DNA of 64,000 nt, from NCBI GenBank assembly GCA_041651055.1, contig JBAZJW010000001.1, positions 306,661-370,660 of the forward strand, written 5' to 3'. A program made the position numbers and the translations under genes. The stretch's first letter is position 1, and every line of letters begins with the position of its first letter. Positions 1 through 12,000 of this stretch are shown here, one piece after another. The notes below the pieces were generated by a model that worked only from the letters and a program-made list of their open reading frames with translations, was not told where the DNA came from and did not search any database. The stretch is from Minisyncoccota bacterium. Lineage in GTDB: Bacteria > Patescibacteriota > Minisyncoccia > Phycocordibacterales > UBA5272.

Positions 1-3000
1 GAAATCTGAGATAGCACGACCGAGTGCTCGTCCTTCTCCTGTCATCTTCATTGCATATCCTGGCATTGTCTTTGATACCGTAAGGAAATCTCCACGCTTT
101 ACTTCGCCGTTTTCTGTTGTAACCTTCACAGGAATACGTCCAGAGAATGCAACCGGTACACCGTCACGTGTATCACCACCAAGTGTAATACCTGCCTTTG
201 TAGAAATAACTCCGATGGCTTCATAGTCTGTGAGCGCCTTACGTACACCTGAGATATCGTACATTTCGGTTGTCGTACTTGTGTTACTTATCTGACCCCA
301 TGCGACGGTCGATGTACCGAATGCCACCACAGTACCCGCATCCACCGCTTCGAGTGCTGGATAATTTTCTGCTAAGTCGGCAGGCGTACCGATAGTTGTA
401 CCACCATCGGTGAACACATCTCCATCTGAATCAATACGGAACTTCACGTTTGATGCACCTCCAACATCTGAAAGAAGTCTGAAGATATCTACGTTCGATG
501 TCGATGTCGCAGAGTATGCATCGAGAACAGAAAGTGGTGTCGCCATGTTGATACCTACACGTGGATACTGTACTGCGGCGTAGCCGTTTGATTCACCATA
601 TACCGTAAGAACACTGGTACCTGCGATTGCTGCTGAATAACTCTCTACGGTACCTGTCGCTGCATTCAATATTGGAAGATCGGTCCACTGTACTATACCA
701 GCATCAGTGTCGAATGAAAGGTTTCCAAGTTCGAGGTTCGAAATTGACGTGACTGATGTAGAAGCATTGTAGAAAAGTCCACCTGAACCGATATTTACGT
801 TACCAGCAAATGTCGATGTCGCTGTACTTGAAGCCGCAGTGAAGAGGTTCGCATATACTTCACCAGCCTGACCAGCGTATGTGGTGGTGCCGAAGAGAAG
901 TGCGCCGAGTTGATTCATCATCATGAGTGATGAGCCGGTCGATGATGCGATGTTGAATGGATTCGTTCCTCCGACACCTTGAACGAAGAGTGATGTCGTT
1001 GGGGTGGTGGTTCCGATACCAATATTTCCTGCGATAAGTGTACCCGTAATACTTCCCTGCGAACCATTTCCGAGTCCTAAGACCCCAGCGGAGATACGTG
1101 AAAAACCAGTATCGCTATTTTCAGGGTTTGTATCTGGACTCCATGACAACACACCAAGAGCCGCGACACCGTGAGATAAGGATGTTGTTTTTATCCAAGC
1201 ATTAGAAGCAGAGTTAAGAAATCGCAGAGAGTTTATCGAGGGTTGTATCGTACCACTTGCAGAAGCACCAGATATATCAATCTTAAGAGATCCACCGCTC
1301 CCAGAAGCAACTATGTCACCACCAACGGAAAGTTTAAAGCTCGGTGTCGATGACCCGATTCCCACATTTCCATTTCCCAAAATCGTCATTGCAGTATTGA
1401 ACGCATTTTGGAATGTGCCTGAGGTACTACTTGCGGCGGCTGTCTGGAATATGAATGCTCCACCGAGACCTGTGCCTGTTCCGGCTGATGCTTTGAAAGT
1501 CGTACTTGTACCTGCAGTGTTCGTTGTTCCTGCAACAACGGACTGCACACTAAATGTCTGTGCAACTGGTGAAGCTGCATCAGCACCTCCAAGCTGGAGA
1601 TTGGCGGCTGCTTTACGAGAAAGAAACAAGTCTGGAGTACTCACAGCATCTAGACCACTTGACCAACTATATGAATAGTTGCTTGGAACAGATATATTCG
1701 AATACTTCCAAACCAATAGTTTTCCCTTAACCCCAGCCCCGTCATCTCCAAAAAAGCCAGTATAAGCATTAGCAATTCCGGTTATGTAATGTGGGCCTCC
1801 AGAAATAATCAATGAACTTGGAGATGAAATACTTCCAGTAGGAACAGTCATAGCACCGTCCTTTCGTACACTGAACTTACTAACTCCACCAACCTGCAAA
1901 TCAACTAAATTAGATGCAGCCAAACTCGCTGTATCGGTAATATTCATCGTAAGACCAGACATTGTAGACCCTGACTGATTCCACGTCTGTGCGAGATTAA
2001 CCAATGAACTCGTCGCTGTGACCGTACCACCATTCACAGAGAGTGGAGATACTGGGCTTGTCGTACCGATACCAACATACCCACCAGCACTTGCGAGAAT
2101 AGTTTGACCTGTGACAGTGAGAGCTGTAGACGAAGCAAGAGCTAACGTTGCATCCCCTGTTACATTAAGTGTCCCTGTCGCGGTAAGATTGTGCGTTGAG
2201 AAATCTGTGACAAGTGTCATGAAGGTGCTCGACGCATACGCATTCGTCACGCCTGAACCCGCTACGATAGTACTCCACAGTGTTGATGTGCCCGTACTTA
2301 CAAGAGCCTGTCCTGATGTGCCTGTAGCATTCGTACTATCGCGGAACCAACCAGAGAGATTAAGATTTGTGGATGTTGAGTTTGTAAACAATGAAGAAGG
2401 TGCGTTGACGGTACCTGTAGCTGTCACATTCCCCGCGAAGTATGAATCTCCGTTTACAGCAAGCTTGGCAGTAAACGTAGTCGTGCCAAGTCCGAGATTT
2501 CCATTAATATCAAATCTTGCTTTTTCTATTCTATTAATACCGAAAAGAATATTATGATACGAAGCTATACCTGTGTCGTTTGCATTATATCCTTCCAATA
2601 CCACGTTCCCTGTCGAGTTACCTGTGAGAGCTTGGAATGTAATACCGTTACCTGTTCCACCCATAAGGCTTTCATTTGTAACTCTAAGAGCACCCGTTTG
2701 GGATGTTGATGGGTAAATATCTATTCCGTATTGATTATCTCTAATTTTTGAGTTACCTACCACGATGCTTGCCGTACCAGCGCCACCGATAGCAGCAGCT
2801 GAGGCATCTGACATAAGTAAAACTTTACCTGTTGTCGTTCCTGCACGAACAGTACCAAAAACATCAAGCGCGTATCCTGGTGTCGATGATCCGATTCCTA
2901 CATTTCCATTCGCAAGCACATTAAATATCGATGTTGATGTAGCAATACTAAAGAGGTTCGAGGTGCCTGTTGCTGTGGATGAAGAAACGGAAAGAAGGGA

Positions 3001-6000
3001 GAGTGGTGTGGTGGTGCCGATACCGACGTTGCCTCTTGTACCACCAAGAATAATATTCCCTGATATGCCTGTTCCGTACCCAAGACCACCATCTAAAGTA
3101 ATATTGCCTCCACTCGCAAGACCTGCTGATCCAGATGAACCATTACCACCAGTGAGTGTAAGGATACCTCCTGTGATATTTGTTACGGCGTCCGGGGAAG
3201 CGTTACCACCGTGAAGGGTGAGTGAGGTCACTGCGTCTTGTCCACTTCCTAAGTTAGCTCCACGAACAGTCAATTTTGCAGAAGGCCCGTCGGTATCATT
3301 TCCAGAAATCACAGCATTAGCATAATAAGCTCGTATTGGTTTATAGAACTTAATTTGATTATCACCTGAACCAAAATTAATAACATTCCCATCTGTATTT
3401 GTAATCAATAGCCCATTCGTAGAAGAATTAAGTGCTCCCGGAATTGTTGGTCGCCCATCTTTTCTTACACTAAACTTACTAATTCCGCCAACCTGCAAAT
3501 CAACTAAATTAGAGGCAGTTAAACTGGCAGTATCTGTAATATTCATCGTAAGACCAGAAAAGGTTGATCCTGACTGGTTCCACGTCTGCACTAAATTCAC
3601 CAATGAACTTGTCGCAGTAACGGTTCCACCGTTAATAGAAAGTGAAGACGCAGGACTCGTGGTACCAATACCAACGTATCCATTATCAAGAACCGTAAGT
3701 CCTGGGATATTTGTACTTCCTGTTGTCTGGAACGCAATACCCGTGCCAGTGCCTGCACCTTTAACACCAAGACGTGCATATGGGGTAGAGGTACCGACAC
3801 CGAGATTGCCCGTACTAGTCACACGCATCGACTCTCGTGCGGTATAACCAACTTGTGATCTAAAGACCATGTCGCCACCAGACCAATAGTTATCAAAAAA
3901 AGTAGTGCCATTTGGCGCATCATAATAAAACTTAAATCCTTCATTAAAAGCGCCTCCACTAAAACCGTTTGATGAAGTAATACCGATAGAAGCAATATCG
4001 TTATTACCAAGACCTTTAAGCACAAGGCTTGGCGCACTTGAAGTAATCTGAAGATCAGCCCCGGGTGCTGTTGTACCAATCCCCACTCTCCCTCCCGCTG
4101 TCGCAAGATACGTACCACCTGTGACAGTGAGTCCTGTTGAGCTTGCGGTAGCGAGTGTACTCTGACCATTTACGTTAAAAGTTCCTGTGAATATTCCATT
4201 TGTTCCTGTGAAGCCTGTTGACGAAAGGTTCGTTGTAGACGCATTTGTAATCGTTGCATTTGTAGAAAAGAGTGATGCGAGGGTAGCTCCTGTTGCAGAG
4301 AGGTTTGTGGTAGATGCATTACCTAACGTAGTCTGACCAGAGATATTGAGTGTCCCTGTCGCAGTGACGTTACCCGCGAAGTATGAGTTGCCATTAACTG
4401 CGAACATTGCTGCGGGAGTGGTGGTGCCGATACCGACATACCCAGAAGTACCATTAATACGCATCGCTTCAGTACCATCAGCTTTGTTTATCATTGTGTT
4501 ACCTGTTGTTCCTAGGAACGTAGTGTCTGGTAATCCAGGTTCGAGAATCACATTTCCACCATTATATGCAGAACCTGATCTTGCAAGGTTATCCCCTCCT
4601 TTGACCAGTACGTGTCCGTTCGATTTATTTGTATATCCTGTAACCAAAAGAGCAGGATTATCATACCCTGCGGAAATAGAGCTCCCAGCAAAACCCTTTA
4701 CCGTTGCTGTATTTAACCACATAAAAGGGTTTGCTCCTCCGGCTGAAAAACCAAGAGTTCCAGCGTATCCGAAAAGCAAACTAACACTATTCCCAAGAAT
4801 ACTATTTGCACCAATATTAAGATTTCCATCTAACTTGGTATCACCAACAACATGAAGCTTTGAACTTGGTGTCGATGTTCCTATCCCCACATTCCCTCCC
4901 GCGGTTGCAAGTGTCGTCGTGCCTGTTGTATTGAAAAGCGTAGCGTAGAGGTTTGTTGCAGTGAATCCGGTTGAAGATGCGTTCGAGAGCGTGGTTTGAC
5001 CAGCGATGTTAAACGTGCCTGTTGCTGTCACATTACCCGCGAAGTATGAGTCTCCATTTACCGCGAACTTAGTGGTAGGAGAACTAGTGCCAATACCTAC
5101 ATTTCCTCTTGTTGTCGCAAGGAGAACGTTTCCTGCAATACCTGCATTCACAGGAGCTCCACCATCTAGGTAAATATTTCCACCATTTCTTGCTGTAGCA
5201 CCGGCATCCGATGAAGCACCACCGATGAGAAGCATATCTCTACCTGCCGCTGAATATGTTCCGTATTCACCAATACTCGTCGGACGAATAGTAAATGTTC
5301 CTGCAGTACTTCCAGCGCTTGGTCCTCCAGATAAAATAGAAGATCCTCCATTATTTATTTGAACGACTCCACTGGTACTATTTGGTGCAATACTAATATC
5401 TGTACCACTTCCACCTCCAAAACTCATTGTTCCACGCAAATCTCCTGTCGTCTGGTAGTAATCCTTAATCGAATTTCCGTTAATAGTAAGAAAATGATTT
5501 GACGGAGCCCCACTAAATGTAGCAATTCCTGCAGAACTTACTTTGAACATGCTAGATCCACCACTGTTTACATCGAACAATGCTGAAGGTGTAGATGTTC
5601 CCACTCCCACATTTCCTCCCGCAGTTGCAAGTGTCGTTGTACCTGTTGTATTGAAAAGCGTAGCGTAGAGGTTTGTTGCAGTGAGTCCTGTCGTTGATGC
5701 ATTCGTCAAAGTTGCAGACGTCGCAGACAAAGTGCCGACTGTCGCAGACGTGGAATATAAGTTCGTAAGTGTTGCTCCTGTTGCGCTTAAGTTCGTAGTT
5801 GACGCATTCGTAATCGTTGCATTTGTAGAGAAGAGTGATGCGAGTGTCGCTCCTGTTGCAGAAAGGTTTGTTGTAGAAGCGTTCGCAAGTGTCGTCTGAC
5901 CTGTTACGTTAAGTGTGCCTGTCGCTGTTACATTTCCTGCGAAGTATGAGTTACCGTTGACTGCGAACATCGCAGCAGGAGTAGTGGTACCGATGCCGAC

Positions 6001-9000
6001 ATTGCCACTATTTATAGACATCGTATTTATTAAACCAGTTGCAGAACCAGTATAGAAATCCATTCTTGCTGGACCTCCATTACCAGCAATTGCATTACCG
6101 TTTTGAACAACATCAATGACAGCTTGGTTATATAATGCCCCCGCCGTATTTACTCCAGAAAAACCAATCTGCCCTAAACCCTCTCCGTTTAAAGTTGTTG
6201 CTAAAGTTCCACTTACGTCTGAATGAGATTTTCCGAGAGTGATTCCTCCAGCCCCTTGCCAATTAGAATATGTACTAGAATAAGATATTGCTCGTAGTTG
6301 TGCAGAACTACCAGTAACACTACCAGTACCAGCTACATCTAGCTTAACACCAGGATTCGTTGTCCCGATGCCGACATTGCCTGTAAAATAGCTTCCATCT
6401 TTGTCTATGTACAGTTTTTCGGCGGCAGTATCATAACCACCCCCTCGTAAACTGATCGAACCCGTACTATTGCTAGCCGAAGCTGCATTTGAAAATACAA
6501 CAATACCATTTGCCCCATCGGGACCAAACGCAGCCTTGCTTGCTAGAGAGGCGACACCGAATGATGACCCGTATGCTCTAAAAAAACCGCCAACGGAACC
6601 ACTATAAGCCCCTACCGTTGCAGAATTTGAATTACTTGTACTATTAACTCGAATTGTACTATTAATCCCTGAACCATCGCCAGTGACTTCCAGTTTACCG
6701 TTTACTGGGTTTGTCGTTCCGATACCAACATTACCGTTGGAAATTATTCTCATCGCTTCAACACCATTGTTTGGAAAGAATCCAATTGAGGCACTAGCAC
6801 CGGCTCTGAGTTCCATAAGACTAGCGCTCATTCCAATACCATAATTATTTACTGGATTCCCATCGTTATACATGGTCCATTTGAGATTGGCAGGGCTTCC
6901 TGGAGTGCTATTGCCGTATGTACCTCCAAACGATACATTTAAAGGAGAAGCTGTGCTCTGACTAACATTTTTTCCAAAAATTGTATCTCCATTCGCAAGT
7001 ACATTAAATATCGGAGAGGTTGTCGAGTTGAAAGAAATAAACGGTGAAGCAAGTGATGTCGATGACGCCATGACGGAGAGCATTGCTATTGGAGAAGTCG
7101 TCCCCACTCCCACATTTCCATTCGAAGCAATAGTCATACGCTCGACACTCGATGTTACGAAGCGTAGATAATCATCCACACCTGCGGTGATGTATGTCGT
7201 CTGCGCTGGATTGATCACACCACCTAGACCTTGCCACACAGCATTGTCCCCGTATCCTTCGAACTGATGCGTAGTGACGTTGTAACGAACCTGTCCCGTG
7301 CCGGCTAATGATGGACGCTGTACCGTTGTACCTACAGGAAGACGAAGTGCATCGGTACCATAAATATCTACGATAGACGCAGGTGTCGCAGTCCCAATAC
7401 CGAGACGTGTGTTTGTATTATCCCAGAAGAAGTTCGCATTATTTTGTGAAAGCTTACCTCCTGTGCTGATGAATGGAATAGAGCCAGAGGTGAGTGCTGA
7501 GAAGTATGAGTCACCAGAGGTAGTAACATTCGTAGTGGATGCGTTGGTGGTCGTAAGACCACCAACGAACGCATTTGTAAGTGTCGCACCTGTCGCACTC
7601 AAGTTCGTAGTAGACGCATTTGTAATCGTTGCATTTGTAGAGAAGAGTGATGCGAGAGTGGCACCTGTTGCAGAGAGGTTCGTAGTAGACGCATTCGTAA
7701 ATGTCACATTCGTTGCAGTAAGTCCTCCGAAGAATCCATTCGTGAAGTTGAGCCCTGAACCAGAGATGTTCGTAGTAGAAGCATTTGTTACAGTAAGTGC
7801 TGAGAGGAATGCGTTTGTTGCAAAGAGTCCTGAAGCAGAGAGGTTCGTGGTGGATGCATTTAGGATTGTAGCTGTACCTGTAGTGTTCGTATTTCCGAAT
7901 ACTGCGCCAGTTGCACTGATGTTCGTTGTCGATGCATTTCCAAGTGTTGTCTGACCCGTAACTGTTAGATTAGAAATCGTTGTCGTTGCTAAAGTTGAAG
8001 TTCCTGTTACAGCAAGTAGCGTTGTGGTAGCGTTCGTAAGTGTTGCGTTTGTAGAGAACAGGGATGTAAGCGTAGCTCCTGTGGCTGAGAGATTCGTAGT
8101 CGATGCATTTCCAAGTGTGGTCTGACCGGTTACGTTAAGTGTACCGTTCGAAGCAAGAGATGATGTCGCGGTGATATTTCCAGCAGTGAAAGAGTTGAAG
8201 GTTGCAGTGATTGCATTTAATATCGTTGCGAAGAAGTTTGATGATGTCGCATTCACAAGTGTCGAACTTGCTGATGTAAAGCCAGTCGCTGAGAGGTTGG
8301 TCGTACTAGCATTCGTAATCGTTGCAGTACCTGTCGTGTTTGTATTTGTAAACGTTGCCCCTGTTGCGGAGAGGTTGGTCGTCGATGCACTTGTGGTGAT
8401 GAGCGAAGTAATAGAACCGTTTGTAGAAGAAATGTTTGTCGATGTAGAATATGTTGCGAGCAAATTCGTCGTATAGAGTGATGTCGCAGTCAGTCCTGTT
8501 GTCGATGCATTCGTAAGATTCGCAGCAATTGCATACAGTGTGTTTGCAGTAAGTGCTGATGATGATGCAGTGGAAAGTGTTGTCTGCCCCGTAACACCAA
8601 GTGTCCCCGTGAAGTTCGCAGCACTTGAAATAGTCTGTCCATTGATAAGGCCAGTAGTGAGGGCTCCAGATCCGAGATCAACAGCACCTACGAATGTGTT
8701 TGTCGCACCAAAAGTAAGACGAGTAGTCCCTGTGGAATCTTTGATAGCATTGCCATTTAATTGAAGCTTGTCATCTACGACAAGCGTATCGGTATTGATA
8801 TTGAAAATCGCATTCTGAATACCGAGAGATGCCTGAATCGTTGTATCACCTTCTGCATCCACTCGGAAACGCTCGACACCATTCACACCGACACCGAGAA
8901 GTGTACTGTTTGTGGAGCCTGACCCTGGATTAATATAAAGACTTCCTTGTCCGAGACCTGTACCGAGTGGTGTGCCAGTGAGTGTAAGCATCCCCGCAAT

Positions 9001-12000
9001 ACTTGATGTTGCAGTACCAGCGACGTTAATTGAATTCGCGAAATTAACTTTGAAGTTATTGAACTCAAACTGTGAAAGTGTAGAATTCCATTTAAGAACG
9101 GCGTTTGGTGTAGCAATACCTCGAGAAAATTCTAACGTTGAATCCTGTGTATCATTGGTGAAATTACCTGTATTAATAATAAAGGTTGATGACGCTGTAC
9201 CACCTGCCACAAGGTTCGAAATTGTCGTCGTTGCAGCATAAATATTTCCAAAACGGAAAGTCGGAGATCCGAGGTCTGCACCAAGGTCTGTTGAAGGCAA
9301 AATTGTCGAAGCGATTTTACCATTAATAGTCACCGTGTCAGCTGAGCTATCCCCCAAGATTGTATTACCATTTGTTGTGAGATTTCCAGAGAAAAGGTTC
9401 GTACCTGTTGTGTTCGTTGAATTAAATGTTCCGACAATTTGCACGTCGCCTTCTGCATCGATACGAGCCTTTTCAGCACCGGCAACCGAAAGACCGAGGA
9501 GAACATTGTTTGTTCCTGCTGATGTTGGATTGACATACACGGTCCCCTGATTGATTCCTGTTCCGAATGGCACAGCAAGGAACTGAATCTGACCATTTGT
9601 GATAGATGATGTGAGCGATCCTGCAACATTAAGAGACCCCCCAATGTACACATTACCAGATGTCTCAATAACACCAGGAGCTGTCGTAGCCACCCCGACA
9701 CCGAAGCCTCCAGAAATATATCCGTTCGTTGCTTTTATATCACTTGAAAAAAGATTTGTCGTCGTTGCATTACCTCCAACAAATGTATTGGTGTAAAGAT
9801 TCGTCGATGTCGCATTCGTAATGATCGCATTTGTTGTCGTGCTGTTACCAACGATGAGGTCTGTAATACGTGCAAGTGTGGACCAGAGGTTTGAGAAGAA
9901 GCCGTTGGTGGATGTGGCACTAGTTGCGGTGAAGCTTGTGGCTGTTGTTGTGGCGAAAGTTGAGGTGCCGACGACAACCACTTGTCCATTTACGTTAAGT
10001 GTTCCGCCTCCGATAACAAGTTTGTCGATGTATGCGTTTGTCGTTGTGGCGTTCGTTGTAGAAGCGTTCACGGCAACGAGATTTGTGGTCGTACCATTTG
10101 CTACCGTAAGGTTTGTCGTTGAGGCAGTACTAGCAGAGAGATTCGTCACAGTTGTGGTTGCAAGCGTTGATGTTCCAACGACGACCACTTGTCCATTTAC
10201 GTTAAGTGTTCCGCCACCAATGACGAGGTTATTGATATATGCGTTTGTTGTCGTGCTGTTCGTTACGATTGCATTTGTTGTTGTACTGTTTGTTACTTCG
10301 AGACCAACAATTGCAGCGAGCGCTGAAAAGAAATTAGTTGTTGTTGCGTTTGTTCCAAAAAGATTCGAAGCAAACAGATTCGTCGATGTCGCATTCGTAA
10401 TGATCGCATTTGTTGTCGTACTGTTACCAACGATGAGGTCTGTGATACGTGCAAGTGTGGACCAGAGGTTTGAGAAGAAGCCGTTGGTGGATGTGGCATT
10501 GTTTGCAGTGAAGCTTGTGGCTGTTGTGGTGGCAAAAGTTGAGGTGCCGACTACGACAAGCTCACCATTTACCGTCACATTACCATTTGATGTAGATGAT
10601 CCAACGACAAGGTTCTGAACATATGCGTTCGTCGTTGTACTGTTCGTCACGATCGCATTTGTGGTCGTTGAATTTCCGATGATGAGGTCAGTTATATTTG
10701 CGAGCGTGGACCAAAGATTTGCAAAGAAACCATTGGTGGATGTCGCGTTTGTTGTAATACTATTTGTTGCAAAAAAATTAGTACTTGAGGCGTTCGTTGT
10801 GGATGCGTTTGTCGCTGCAAGATTTGTGGTTGTAGCACTTGTCGCAATAAGGTTTGTTGTTGTTGCAACGTCGGCAGTAAAGCTTGTCACCGTCGTAGTG
10901 GCAAGCGTTGAAGATCCATATACAACAAGCCCACCATTTACCGTCACATTACCGTTTGATGTCGATGAACCATTTGTAATATATGACCCAACGACAAGAT
11001 TTTGTATGAAGGCATTTGTTGCGGTTGCATTGTCCACCAAGAATCTTGTAGCCGAAACATCTGTGAGAGTAGAGCTTGCAGCGGAAAGATTGGTGATATA
11101 TGCATTTGTTGTCGTGCTGTTTCCAAATGTAGAAGAGCTTGCCGTGAGTGTGTTCGCCGAAACTCCTGCACTAAATGATGCTGACCCTGTAAAGACGTTA
11201 GAACCACTGAATGCCACACCATTTAAGGTTGCATTCGCAAGGTACATATTTGACGATGTGCCATAGTTGAAATTCGCATATTCGATTGTCGTATCGCGAA
11301 GGTATCCAATAGTTGAAACACCGATGAGGCTCTGTGCGAAATATGGCGTCGATGATTGATTAACTGTGGTAGGCGTGATGAATCCACCGAACGATGTTGG
11401 TAAAGAAGGATTTGAAGCACTCTGTCCATCACGACCATCTCGCCCGTTTGCTCCAGCAGGACCGGCAACCGGCACATACTCAGTAATATACTTCGTGAGA
11501 TATATAGGTGAAGCGGCGGGAGTTGTTTTTATGGTAGCTGATGTAACAGATGAAGAAGGAGTGCTTACAGTAGGTGTAGTGACGGCCGGAGCGACTGCGA
11601 CAGTGTTTGTTGTGTTCGTAGATGGAGAAAGCAGTCCTGATGCAAGAATGGTGTAATTACAGCGCTTCTGATCAAGAGTTGATGAAAGAGAGGAAAGTTT
11701 ACAGTAGAGAGAGAGTGAGAGTTGGTCAAGGAAAGGGAGGTTTTTCTTTTGCTGCGCAAGACCACTTGGAGTTTGTGAGGTAAAGGCACCAAGCACTACA
11801 CCTTGATTCTGCGCATGTGGCAGCAATTCAATTTGTGCAAGACGTGGAAGATGAGTGTTCACACTTGATGCATATGTTGCCACTGTTTCTTTACTAAAGA
11901 TTTCTCCATGAAGCGTACCTACGATGTACGAAGTGAGTGTATGCACAAATGGAAGAGCGAGAGGAGTTCCAGCAACACCAACCTCACGAGGAGTCGCACC

